A stretch of DNA of 64,000 nt, taken from positions 126,545,256-126,609,255 of the forward strand of contig NC_052149.1 of NCBI RefSeq assembly GCF_902713615.1, in the 5' to 3' direction. The number at the start of each line of letters is the position of its first letter. Within the stretch, counting starts at the first letter, position 1. The notes under the pieces were generated by a model. It ran no database searches, had not been told where the DNA came from, and saw only the letters and a list, made by a program, of their open reading frames with translations. Shown here piece by piece: positions 1 to 12,747 of this stretch. The stretch is from Scyliorhinus canicula. Its lineage: Eukaryota. The translations under genes were made by a program, and so were the position numbers.

Positions 1-3000
1 CTTCACAATCCAGTCTGTGTACACAGGTACATCACACTTCACAATCCAGTCTGTGTACACAGGTACATCACACTTCACAATCCAGTCTGTGTACACAGGT
101 ACATCACACTTCACAATCCAGTCTGTGTACACAGGTACATCACACTTCACAATCCAGTCTGTGTACACAGGTACATCACACTTCACAATCCAGTCTGTGT
201 ACACAGGTACATCACACTTCACAATCCAGTCTGTGTACACAGGTACATCACACTTCACAATCCAGTCTGTGTACACAGGTACATCACACTTCACAATCCA
301 GTCCTGTGTACACAGGTACATCACACTTCACAATCCAGTCTGTGTACACAGGTACATCACACTTCACAATCCAGTCTGTGTACACAGGTACATCACACTT
401 CACAATCCAGTCTGTGTACACAGGTACATCACACTTCACAATCCAGTCTGTGTACACAGGTACATCACACTTCACAATCCAGTCTGTGTACACAGGTACA
501 TCACACTTCACAATCCAGTCTGTGTACACAGGTACATCACACTTCACAATCCAGTCTGTGTACACAGGTACATCACACTTCACAATCCAGTCTGTGTACA
601 CAGGTACATCACACTTCACAATCCAGTCTGTGTACACAGGTACATCACACTTCACAATCCAGTCTGTGTACACAGGTACATCACACTTCACAATCCAGTC
701 TGTGTACACAGGTACATCACACTTCACAATCCAGTCTGTGTACACAGGTACATCACACTTCACAATCCAGTCTGTGTACACAGGTACATCACACTTCACA
801 ATCCAGTCTGTGTACACAGGTACATCACACTTCACAATCCAGTCTGTGTACACAGGTACATCACACTTCACAATCCAGTCTGTGTACACAGGTACATCAC
901 ACTTCACAATCCAGTCTGTGTACACAGGTACATCACACTTCACAATCCAGTCTGTGTACACAGGTACATCACACTTCACAATCCAGTCTGTGTGCACAGG
1001 TACATCACACTTCACAATCCAGTCTGTGTACACAGGTACATCACACTTCACAATCCAGTCTGTGTACACAGGTACATCACACTTCACAATCCAGTCTGTG
1101 TACACAGGTACATCACACTTCACAATCCAGTCTGTGTACACAGGTACATCACACTTCACAATCCAGTCTGTGTACACAGGTACATCACACTTCACAATCC
1201 AGTCTGTGTACACAGGTACATCACACTTCACAATCCAGTCTGTGTACACAGGTACATCACACTTCACAATCCAGTCTGTGTACACAGGTAGCATCACACT
1301 TCACAATCCAGTCTGTGTACACAGGTACATCACACTTCACAATCCAGTCTGTGTACACAGGTACATCACACTTCACAATCAGTCTGTGTACACAGGTACA
1401 TCACACTTCACAATCCAGTCTGTGTACACAGGTACATCACACTTCACAATCCAGTCTGTGTACACAGGTACATCACACTTCACAATCCAGTCTGTGTACA
1501 CAGGTACATCACACTTCACAATCCAGTCTGTGTACACAGGTACATCACACTTCACAATCCAGTCTGTGTACACAGGTACATCACACTTCACAATCCAGTC
1601 TGTGTACACAGGTACATCACACTTCACAATCCAGTCTGTGTACACAGGTACATCACACTTCACAATCCAGTCTGTGTACACAGGTACATCACACTTCACA
1701 ATCCAGTCTGTGTACACAGGTACATCACACTTCACAATCCAGTCTGTGTACACAGGTACATCACACTTCACAATCCAGTCTGTGTACACAGGTACATCAC
1801 ACTTCACAATCCAGTCTGTGTACACAGGTACATCACACTTCACAATCCAGTCTGTGTACACAGGTACATCACACTTCACAATCCAGTCTGTGTACACAGG
1901 TACATCACACTTCACAATCCAGTCTGTGTACACAGGTACATCACACTTCACAATCCAGTCTGTGTACACAGGTACATCACACTTCACAATCCAGTCTGTG
2001 TACACAGGTACATCACACTTCACAATCCAGTCTGTGTACACAGGTACATCACACTTCACAATCCAGTCTGTGTACACAGGTACATCACACTTCACAATCC
2101 AGTCTGTGTACACAGGTACATCACACTTCACAATCCAGTCTGTGTACACAGGTACATCACACTTCACAATCCAGTCTGTGTACACAGGTACATCACACTT
2201 CACAATCCAGTCTGTGTACACAGGTACATCACACTTCACAATCCAGTCTGTGTACACAGGTACATCACACTTCACAATCCAGTCTGTGTACACAGGTACA
2301 TCACACTTCACAATCCAGTCTGTGTACACAGGTACATCACACTTCACAATCCAGTCTATGTACACAGGTACATCACACTTCACAATCCAGTCTGTGTACA
2401 CAGGTACATCACACTTCACAATCCAGTCTGTGTACACAGGTACATCACACTTCACAATCCAGTCTGTGTACACAGGTACATCACACTTCACAATCCAGTC
2501 TGTGTACACAGGTACATCACACTTCACAATCCAGTCTGTGTACACAGGTACATCACACTTCACAATCCAGTCTGTGTACACAGGTACATCACACTTCACA
2601 ATCCAGTCTGTGTACACAGGTACATCACACTTCACAATCCAGTCTGTGTACACAGGTACATCACACTTCACAATCCAGTCTGTGTACACAGGTACATCAC
2701 ACTTCACAATCCAGTCTGTGTACACAGGTACATCACACTTCACAATCCAGTCTGTGTACACAGGTACATCACACTTCACAATCCAGTCTGTGTACACAGG
2801 TACATCACACTTCACAATCCAGTCTGTGTACACAGGTACATCACACTTCACAATCCAGTCTGTGTACACAGGTACATCACACTTCACAATCCAGTCTGTG
2901 TACACAGGTACATCACACTTCACAATCCAGTCTGTGTACACAGGTACATCACACTTCACAATCCAGTCTGTGTACACAGGTACATCACACTTCACAATCC

Positions 3001-4961
3001 AGTCTGTGTACACAGGTACATCACACTTCACAATCCAGTCTGTGTACACAGGTACATCACACTTCACAATCCAGTCTGTGTACACAGGTACATCACACTT
3101 CACAATCCAGTCTGTGTACACAGGTACATCACACTTCACAATCCAGTCTGTGTACACAGGTACATCACACTTCACAATCCAGTCTGTGTACACAGGTACA
3201 TCACACTTCACAATCCAGTCTGTGTACACAGGTACATCACACTTCACAATCCAGTCTGTGTACACAGGTACATCACACTTCACAATCCAGTCTGTGTACA
3301 CAGGTACATCACACTTCACAATCCAGTCTGTGTACACAGGTACATCACACTTCACAATCCAGTCTGTGTACACAGGTACATCACACTTCACAATCCAGTC
3401 TGTGTACACAGGTACATCACACTTCACAATCCAGTCTGTGTACACAGGTACATCACACTTCACAATCCAGTCTGTGTACACAGGTACATCACACTTCACA
3501 ATCCAGTCTGTGTACACAGGTACATCACACTTCACAATCCAGTCTGTGTACACAGGTACATCACACTTCACAATCCAGTCTGTGTACATAGGTACATCAC
3601 ACTTCACAATCCAGTCTGTGTACACAGGTACATCACACTTCACAATCCAGTCTGTGTACACAGGTACATCACACTTCACAATCCAGTCTGTGTACACAGG
3701 TACATCACACTTCACAATCCAGTCTGTGTACACAGGTACATCACACTTCACAATCCAGTCTGTGTACACAGGTACATCACACTTCACAATCCAGTCTGTG
3801 TACACAGGGACATCACACTTCACAATCCAGTCTGTGTACACAGGTACATCACACTTCACAATCCAGTCTGTGTACACAGGTACATCACACTTCACAATCC
3901 AGTCTGTGTACACAGGTACATCACACTTCACAATCCAGTCTGTGTACACAGGTACATCACACTTCACAATGCCAGTCTGTGTACACAGTACATCACACTT
4001 CACAATCCAGTCTGTGTACACAGGTACATCACACTTCACAATCCAGTCTGTGTACACAGGTACATCACACTTCACAATCCAGTCTGTGTACACAGGTACA
4101 TCACACTTCACAATCCAGTCTGTGTACACAGGTACATCACACTTCACAATCCAGTCTGTGTACACAGGTACATCACACTTCACAATCCAGTCTGTGTACA
4201 CAGGTACATCACACTTCACAATCCAGTCTGTGTACACAGGTACATCACACTTCACAATCCAGTCTGTGTACACAGGTACATCACACTTCACAATCCAGTC
4301 TGTGTACACAGGTACATCACACTTCACAATCCAGTCTGTGTACACAGGTACATCACACTTCACAATCCAGTCTGTGTACACAGGTACATCACACTTCACA
4401 ATCCAGTCTGTGTACACAGGTACATCACACTTCACAATCCAGTCTGTGTACACAGGTACATCACACTTCACAATCCAGTCTGTGTACACAGGTACATCAC
4501 ACTTCACAATCCAGTCTGTGCACACAGGTACATCACACTTCACAATCCAGTCTGTGTACACAGGTACATCACACTTCACAATCCAGTCTGTGTACACAGG
4601 TACATCACACTTCACAATCCAGTCTGTGTACACAGGTACATCACACTTCACAATCCAGTCTGTGTACACAGGAACATCACACTTCACAATCCAGTCTGTG
4701 TACACAGGTACATCACACTTCACAATCCAGTCTGTGTACACAGGTACATCACACTTCACAATCCAGTCTGTGTACACATGTACATCACACTTCACAATAC
4801 AGTCTGTGTACACAGGCACATCACACTTCACAATCCAGTCTGTGTACACAGGTACATCACACTTCACAATCCAGTCTGTGTACACAGGTACATCACACTT
4901 CACAATCCAGTCCTGTGCACACAGGTACATCACACTTCACAATCCAGTCCGTGTACACAAT
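1..4961. repeat. 36-bp tandem satellite (CTGTGTACACAGGTACATCACACTTCACAATCCAGT)n, ~137 copies, runs off the window start
   Basis: Near-perfect 36-bp periodicity. The unit contains the 12-bp palindrome CTGTGTACACAG. The long ORFs here are 12-aa repeats of the unit. Confidence 0.99.
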
Positions 4962-4967
4962 CTAGTC

Positions 4968-5893
4968 TGCGAGAGACCCGATGCAGTAAAACGGTATTGA
5001 CCGTTTCCTAGTGTCAGGTGTAGTGACTGACCCGGTGTAGTAAAACGGTATTGACCGTTTCCTAGTGTCAGGTGTAGTGAGAGACCCGGTACAGTAAAAC
5101 GGTATTGACCATTTCCTAGTGTCAGGTGTAGTAAGAGACACGGTGCAGTAAAACGGTATTGACCGTTTCCGAGTGTCAGGTGTAGTGACTGACGCAGTGT
5201 AGTAAAACGGTATTGACCGTTTCCTAGTGTCAGGTGTAGTGACTGACGCAGTGTAGTAAAACGGTATTGACCGTTTCCTAGTGTCAGGTGTAGTGAGAGA
5301 CCCGGTGCAGTAAAACAGTATTGACCGTTTCCTAGTGTCAGGTATAGTGAGAGACCCGGTGCAGTAAAACAGTATTGACCATTTCCTCGTGTCAGGGAGT
5401 GTGAGAGACACGGTGCAGTAAAACGGTATTGACTCTTTCCTAGTGTCAGGTGTAGTGACTGACCCGGTGCATTAAAACGGTATTGACCGTTTCCTAGTGT
5501 CAGGTATAGTGACTGACGCGGTGCAGTAAAACGGTATTGACCGTTTCCGAGTGTCAGGTGCAGTCAGAGACACGGTGCAGTAAAACGGTATTGACCGTTT
5601 CCTAGTGTCAGGTATAGTGACTGACGCGGTGCAGTGAAACGGTATTGACCGTTTCCGAGTGTCAGGTGCAGTCAGAGACCCGGTGCAGTAAAACGGTATT
5701 GACCGTTTCCGAGTGTCTGGTGCAGTGTGAGACCCGGTGCAGTAAAACGGTATTGACCGTTTCCTAGTGTCAGGTGTAGTGACTGACCCGGTGCAGTAAA
5801 ACGGTATTCACCGTTTCATAGTGTCAGGTGTAGTGAGAGACACGGTGCAGTAAAACGGTATTCACCGTTTCCTAGTGTCAGGTGTAGTGAGAG
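4968..5893. repeat. 54-bp minisatellite, ~17 copies, directly abutting the 36-bp satellite
   Basis: Unit GAGACCCGGTGCAGTAAAACGGTATTGACCGTTTCCTAGTGTCAGGTGTAGTGA, with internal hairpin AAACGGT-ATTG-ACCGTTT. Confidence 0.97.
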
Positions 5894-6333
5894 ATGTGTG
5901 AAAACAGGGAGGGATCCATCTCCTGGGAAGAAAGCAATAAGAGTGGTCGGACTATAAACTGAACATCAGCAGCGTCAGATAAAAATTTAGATTGGGGAGT
6001 TGCCGAGTCGCTTGCTGAATTTTTGGTACATAATTAAATAATGAAAAAATCATTGAAGTAAAGTCACTGAAGCTTTTGTTGTGGGGGAAGAGAGAGAGAG
6101 AGTGAGAGGGTTACCCCTCGGGGGTTCATGACCAGTGACAGACAGGGGCTGAGGAAATGGGAGTTTCGGTCGTTTAGATTGTTCCTGTTGGTGGAAATCT
6201 CGAAGATTCTTCCCCCCCCCCCCCTCCCCCCCCCCCCACCCCCCACCCTCACTGCTACTTGAAGTTTTGTTTAGAGTCTGAAAGTTTTAATCTGTTCAGA
6301 TAAATGTTATAAGAATGGAAATAAACAAATCTT

Positions 6334-6625
6334 TATATAATAAATTTTAGTGTCACAAGTCGGCTTACATTAACATTGCAATGAAGTTGCTGTGAAAAGC
6401 CCCTAGTCACCACATTCTGGCTCCTGTTCAGGTACACAGAGGGAGAATTCAGAATGTCCAAATGACCTCATGGCACATCTTTCGGGAAATGTGGGCACCC
6501 GGAGGAAACGCCCACAGACACAGGGAGAACGTACAGACTCCGCACAGTGACCCAAGCTGGGAATCGAACCTGGGACCATGGAGCTGTGAAGCAACAGTGC
6601 TAACCACTGTGCCACCGTGCCGCCC
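6334..6625 (-). mobile_element. tRNA-headed shark SINE (HE1/V-SINE-like), tail type A
   Basis: Head GGGCGGCACGGTGGCACAGTGGTTAGCAC, GGTTCGATTCCC B-box, central GGGTTTCCTCCGGGTGC. Tail ends ...AACTTCATTGCAATGTTAATGTAAGCC...TTATTATAT. Confidence 0.9.
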
Positions 6626-6677
6626 TGTTATATTTGTGTGTCTGTGTGTAATGAAGAATTTGTGTGTGAGATCTCAT

Positions 6678-6801
6678 GGCCGGGATTCTCCCGGAATTGC
6701 GGGGCGGCCCGTCCCAGTGCCAAGAGCACCATGACCCACTCCGGCGTCGGGCCGCCCGGAACTTGGGGAATCCTCCAGCGGGGGGTCGGACAATCCCACC
6801 T
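6678..6801. mobile_element. Short PIF/Harbinger-type MITE
   Basis: Imperfect TIRs GGCCGGGATTCTCC / GGACAATCCCACCT, flanked by the 3-bp TSD CAT. Confidence 0.7.
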
Positions 6802-7006
6802 CATGTGTTTCCTTCTCCAAATTGTCATTTGTTTGTATTGTTCCAGGAACCTGAGTTCAAAGCCTCACAATGTGGATTCTGAGTTGGATTTAAGTACAAT
6901 AAAATGAAACAAACCAAAGTTTGAAGCTATAAGGTTCGAGTTGAGATTTCTGTCCAGAGACCACAGTTTGAATGGACTCTAAAGATACAACAGCTTTTCC
7001 CTGTGT

Positions 7007-7341
7007 TCATAGAATCTGCAGTGCAGAAAGAGGCCATTCAGCCCATCGAGTCCCCACCGGCCCTTGGAAAGCACCCTATCCAAACCCACACCTCCACCCC
7101 ATCCCCGTAACCCAGCAACCCATCTGTACGTTTTTGGACACTGAGGGCAATTTAGAATGGCCAATCCACCTAACCTACACGTCTTTGGATTGTGGGAGAA
7201 AACCGGAGCATCCGGAGGAAACCCACGCAGACACAGGGAGAACGTGCAGACTCCACACAGACAGTGACCCATCAGGGAATCGAACCTGGGATCCTGGAGC
7301 TGTGAAGCAACCGTGCTAACCACTATGTCACTGTGCCGCCC
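7007..7341 (-). mobile_element. tRNA-headed SINE, tail type B
   Basis: Same head and core as 6334-6625. Tail ...GACTCGATGGGCTGAATGGCCTC...TGCACTGCAGATTCTATGA. Confidence 0.9.
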
Positions 7342-7675
7342 TTGTGCCACCGCGCCACCCTAAAATGAACCAGACTCTGCAGCAACCTCTTACAGACTAA
7401 CAGGAACTTCACTCTTTCCAATCACAGCTTGAGCTTTCTGATTGCTGAATGAATCCATTCCCCCTCGAGCAGAATGGACCCTCGTGTTTTTATTTCGAGG
7501 TAACCTCCAATGCCTCTGTGTACCTGAACAGGCGCCGAAATGTGGCGACTAGGTGATTTTCACAGTAACCTCATTGCAGTGTTAATGTGAGCCAGTGGCG
7601 TGCAGAGGGGGGGGGCCGACGGTGCGCTGGCCCCGGGCATCGATTGGATGGGGGCAGCAGCGTGAAGAGAACGGA

Positions 7676-7800
7676 GCGCGCACCGCGGTCGGCCAGAGCG
7701 CGCCTGCGCACCGTGGGCGGCCAGAGCGCGCCTGCGCACCGCGGTCGGCCAGAGCGCGCCTGCGCACCGCGGTCGGCCGGAGCGTGCCTGCGCACCGCGG
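7676..7800. repeat. GC-rich 28-bp tandem repeat, ~4 copies, in a probable DNA-transposon fragment
   Basis: Unit GCGCACCGCGGTCGGCCAGAGCGCGCCT. The upstream CAGTGGCGTGC (7594) resembles a transposon end. Confidence 0.75.
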
Positions 7801-8138
7801 TCGCCGCTGGTGAAGAGGCGGCTTTGCACTCGGCGGCTGGAGCGTGAACAAAAAGGGCGCGAATTCTCCCGAATCGACGGCAATCGATGCCACCATGGGT
7901 GAGTTTTATTTATTCTTTATCTTTATCTTTTGATCCATTTTTAAACTCTTCTCTGCACCCTCTCTATAGTTGTCAACTTACTAAACTGTCGTGCCCAGAA
8001 TTTGACATTTGGGCCAGGGGCACCCATTTGGGACAGAACCGGTATTTTATGAAGATTCATCATGGCCTCTTAAATTTTCCCCTCTTACCCTTTATACTTA
8101 AAGCCCAGGGTCCTATAAATGGGAGATTCTCAGAGACA

Positions 8139-8470
8139 GGGGCAGCACGGTAGCATGGTGGTTAGCATAAATGCTTCACAGCTCCAGGGTCCCAGGTTCG
8201 GTTCCCGGCTGGGTCACTGTCTGTGCGGAGTGCGTGGGTTTCCTCCGGGTGCTCCGGTTTCCTCCCACAGTCCAAAGATGTGCGGGTTAGGTGGATTGGC
8301 CATGCTAAATTGCCCGTAGTGTCCTAAAAAAGTAAGGTTCGGGGGGGGGGGGTTGTTGCGTTACGGGTATAGGGTGGATACGTGGGTTTGAGTAGGGTGA
8401 TCATTGCTCGGCACAACATCGAGGGCCGAAGGGCCTGTTCTGTGCTGTCCTGGTCTATGTACTATGTTCT
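8139..8470 (+). mobile_element. tRNA-headed SINE, tail type C
   Basis: Head GGGGCAGCACGGTAGCATGGTGGTTAGC. Tail GGCACAACATCGAGGGCCGAAGGGCCTGTTCTGTGCTGT...TATGTTCTA (CR1-like 3' end). Confidence 0.9.
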
Positions 8471-8799
8471 ACTTGACTGCAAGCTGCTGGAGCTCGGATC
8501 TTGAACAGAGCTTTATATCTGGATTTGGGGACCCTTTATGCACTGGCATAGTGCACAAACAGACCCCACATGACCAGGGTTTTGTGAAGAAGAAGGGATC
8601 TGGAAATGTGTCGACTGTGAAAATTATATTTGTGGAAATTGGGTGAAGTAATGCCGGTGTTTGATGAGACTTGGTGCTAAAGCTTTAGAGAAATGAAGAC
8701 GGAATTTGATTTGAAGAAGTTCAACGTTTTGAAGGATATTGTGGCTGAAATGAATGCGATACGTGCTGAATGGGCTGACTGAGAAATGTGTGAGATATG

Positions 8800-9010
8800 T
8801 CTTTGTAGGCAGCTTGGGGCCTGTCGTGAAGGTGAGTGAGTGCCTTTAAATTTGCTTACCTTTCACCGGGAGCAGGGTTTGAGGGAATATCAGGTAAGCT
8901 CTTCGTTTCTTTTTCTTCTTCTTGTTTTTTTTTAAATCTAGAGGTGATGTCAGGGAAGGCAGTACAATGCTCCTCCTGCAGAATGTTTGAGGTGAGGGAA
9001 GCCGAATTCA
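8800..9010 (+). mobile_element. CR1 LINE 5' fragment (ORF1 start)
   Basis: MSGKAVQCSSCRMFEVREA parallels the ORF1 start of the CR1 at 17443 (MAGDPIPVLCSSCSMWEFRDA). Confidence 0.7.
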
Positions 9011-9354
9011 CACACATGAGGAAGAAGTCATTTGAATTTTGATAGTGTAAATTACAGTTCTTACAAAGTATAATGATTTGAGGTTTGGTTCCTGATAAAG
9101 TTCTGAACAGGAAATTTTAATTTGAAAAGGTTTGACAACAATTGACATTAATTCAAATGCTGCCAGCTGCTGGGCTGAAAGAAGAATTTAAAATATGTTT
9201 GTTCCCAAAATGTAAAAATAAACGTGAAGCTTGAAGTTTGGTAGAAATCCAATTTGATGCAGAGTTAATGAAAGCAGCTCAACAATAAAACTATTAGAAT
9301 CTGGGATCAGTTTAAAATGAAAATGCTCCAGCTACAAACGAGAGAGATACGTAA

Positions 9355-10166
9355 GGCCTGATCTTTCCAAAAGTGAACAAAGTTCCCGAGCGAGTGCGTT
9401 TAGCTACATGATTCCCGGCACTCGCCGTGCTGAGAAACACAAGGATTTTCAACGCGATTGGCTTTGAACGGGAATGTCGAGGCCGAGGCCACACATAGTC
9501 CCGTTTGGTACACTGGGAATCTCCGCCCGCCGGACCTTCACGTTGTAGTGAGAAATCGGGAAACCATTTGTAAAAGGTGTACCGATCTCAGAGGCCACGA
9601 AAAGAATCCCCGAGCTCCCCACACCCAGTCCGAATGCAAGAGGGTCCCCTCCCAACCCACACTGGGCAACCCCAGCACAATCGAGCATGTGCAGAAAATG
9701 ACAGCTGGTAGTGCCACATGGGAACCTTGACAGTGCCAGGCTGGCACACAGGTGGCATTGCCAGGGTACTCAGGTGGCACCAGCAGTGGCAAGGCACCAC
9801 CTTGTCCAAAGGGAATGCAGCTGATCACCTTGGAGACCTCCATGATGCCGTTCCTTCTGGAATCCCCGGTTATAGGGACCAGGACCAAGCGGCACTAACC
9901 CGAGGTCACCGAGGTAAAGGGATTGAATCCCAAAGCCTCAGGTACCTCATGAGTCTGCACATTATAGTTAGGCTTACAGCCTCACCCTAATATGCAGATT
10001 TGCTAAAAGGTGATGCCGCCCATGGTCGGGATTCACCTTGCAGCACCTTGTGTGATTTGTGTTGTGAGCCGGGTAGATCCCGGGAGCGGGGTCTCCTGGC
10101 TTTCCCCAGCACCGCTGCACCGCGGTGAGCTACTTTCCAGCGCTGCATGGCCGGAAGATCATGGCC
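9355..10166. mobile_element. Non-autonomous Harbinger-like element, ~810 bp
   Basis: Ends GGCCTGATCTTTCC / GGAAGATCATGGCC. Flanks TAA / AAA are a near 3-bp TSD. Confidence 0.6.
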
Positions 10167-11338
10167 AAAGAAGCAAACCATGTCAATGTCTGGAACCAAA
10201 TAGAAACATATTCTGAGTGTAGGCCTGAGGCCTGCTGCTGACACTAATATTTGCAATTTTGTATTTTACATTTTATTTCAGCTCTGCTTTGATTTTAATA
10301 TTTGAAGTGATTTTGTATTTTCTCACTTGATAAACACTGATCTTAACCCAGCTATGATTGTCCTTTGATTAATTAATCAATAATAATCAGCAGTGACCTG
10401 TTTTTCTCAATCTTGTTTTCTCTCTATACTGGCCACACAGCTTTGTTTAGACTAAAACTTTTGTTTTTCCACTTTCTCAAACTGGAATATTAAAATAAGT
10501 TGATTTTGTTGATTAGAATTGCTGTTCTCCGGCATTCTGTGACCTTGGATTACAGAGCAAGTCGCTGAGTAATCATATCTGCTGTGGTCACCTGAAGCAT
10601 CAGAAGATGAAGTTTCATTGATGGACATAACACCTGATTGATGACAGATGGGAAAACACCATCAAGAGCTCCGTAAACAAGCTGAATATGACAAAGTCTG
10701 CTTCACCTTGAGGTCCCTGTGAGAGGAACTGAGAAGAGCTGAGATTTGTTTGGGGAAAGATTGTGTGGCAGGCTTCACGATACTGGAATGGAGCCAGAAA
10801 TCCAGTTTAAAGAGACATTGCTTCAGAGACTCAGTGCTGGGGTGGAATAGTCATCCACGGACGTCAGGAGGAAGGGTCAGAAACGGACTGACTGACCATA
10901 GTGCCCACCCACTGGGGTTACTCAGTGACTTGGTGATGTGTTTACTGAGGGGACAGTAAGGTGGGCACCAATTGTGGGGGACCCGTGGTGGAACAGACCA
11001 AATCGTGGTTATTGTTTGTGTTTGAACAAACATCTGACTGTCTTCTTTTCCTCAGATATGTACAAACTGCTTCACCTATTGTCCGGATTCTCCTGTCTAA
11101 ACCCGTTTGGCCATCATTTTTCTTTATTTTCTTTTATTTTGCAATTTCAATTTTTTACCATGGACAATTAATGTGCCGATGCCTTTAAGGTGGACTTCGA
11201 GTGTCTGACCTTTTCAATGGCCCCTGCCAATTGGTTGAGATTTCCTCTGAAAGTTCCTTCCTCTGTGTGACTGTGTTTTCTGTTTTACTTTTGTGTTGGT
11301 CAGAAGCTGGAGGGTCAGAACTCTGATTTCTCTCTCAT

Positions 11339-11672
11339 GAGCAGCACAGCAGCACAGTGGTTAGCACTGCTGCCTCACAGCTCCAGGGACCCGGGTTCAA
11401 TTCCATTCTTAGGTGACTGTGGAGTTTGCACTTTCTCCCCATGTCTGCCTGGGTTTTCTCCCGGTTCTCCCGGTTCCTCCCATAGTCCAAAGATGTGCAG
11501 GTTAGATGGAATGGCCATGCTAAATTGCCCCTTAGTTTCCAAAAGGTTAGATAGGATAACTGGGTTACAGGGAAAGGGTGGAGGAGTGGGCCAAAGTAGG
11601 GTGCTCTTTCCAAGGGCTGGTGCAGACTCGATGGGCTTAATGGCCTCCTTCTGCACTGTAGGGATTCTATGA
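11339..11672 (+). mobile_element. tRNA-headed SINE, tail type B
   Basis: Head, core and tail match 7007-7341. Confidence 0.9.
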
Positions 11673-12747
11673 CTCATCTAATGGATTCTTTTTGATGATC
11701 TGAAGTGAAAACCTCTCTTTCTGCACAGCCAGACTGAACTGCAAGGAAACCAAAGTCAAGTCACCAGCTGCAGACAGGGTTCAGATGTTTAACTCCATTT
11801 TAATATCTTGTGTGGGAACTCTGTTCTTATCTCAGTAAGACTGTTAGTCATTCTGGTGGAGTTGGAAATAAGTAAGAATTAAACTGATCTGAAGCTGTTC
11901 CATTGATTCAAGGCCCAGGTTATTAAAAGTTGAAGTGCCTCTCCCAGAGGGAGTCCTATTGGCTGGTAGTACTGGCTGAATGCTGCTGCCAGAAGACCAT
12001 CTCTACCGCTACCGGTGGATCGATCCCAAAACATCCTGGCAGGACATCCTGCTGCAATAACTTCAATACCCGAAGAAAGGACACTCATTTTTCATTTCAA
12101 ATTAATCCCCCTTATTATTTTCACCCTTTTCCTCCTCTCTGGGTGTTTCTGTCATGTGTCTGTTGAGGAGAGGGTGGAATGGGAAAAGGTGGGAATAGCA
12201 GATTAGAAAGCAGATATTCCATTGTGATTGCTGTACATGTCAAATTTGCTTGTGTTATAAATAAACAGTTATCGTTGTCAACTTACAAACCAGGTGGCAT
12301 TAACTTATTGAGCAGTCAAAGAGCCAAAGATTCTGTGAATTTTATACAAATTATTGGTTAATTCACTCGTGTTGGGACTCAGGGGTCTGTGGGGCTGGAA
12401 TTGACCGCGCACTAGCGTCATAACACTTTCAATAAAGATATCTTTCTTCCTTTTCATATACTCTTTTTTTAAATATATTTGTTTTATATAAATTAGAGGT
12501 TATGGTTATAATCTTATTATCATTATTCAAAAAATTTCCAACACAATACTTGTGAGAGTCGCTCATTTCTGTAACGTCCAGAGTGCAGCTTCGAACCTCA
12601 GTGAGACTCTGAAAGGGATTCTCACCTCTCCTCACAGGGAAACCCTTTATTGTACGGTGAGTCCCTCCAGACAAACTGAATGAGATAAGCTGGGAACTAT
12701 TCCAGGTGTAAAAGGGTCTGAGGAAATGATTCAGAGTTAGAAATAGA

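Noticed and set aside
17-5011. Very long ORFs (up to 1564 aa) on both strands
   Set aside because: They are translations of a stop-free 36-bp unit (SVYTGTSHFTIQ etc.), open in several frames at once, with no domain or gene structure.
4968-5893. CRISPR-like array (hairpin-containing repeat)
   Set aside because: The units are contiguous with no unique spacers, there are no cas genes, and the context is eukaryotic.
10480-10705. Possible decayed Ig C-like exon on minus (SACLRSS*WCFP...YDYSATCSV)
   Set aside because: In-frame stop and only vague Cys spacing. It cannot be distinguished from chance without an HMM search.
10961-11188. Possible IgH/TCR transmembrane exon (PVWPSFFFIFFYFAISIFY)
   Set aside because: The hydrophobicity comes from a T-rich tract. 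The conserved antigen-receptor TM motif is not convincingly present, and there is no upstream C domain.
11879-12088. Ig V-like words (GSGRDG...QYY) in a minus-strand ORF
   Set aside because: No Cys23/Trp41/YYC framework and no RSS.
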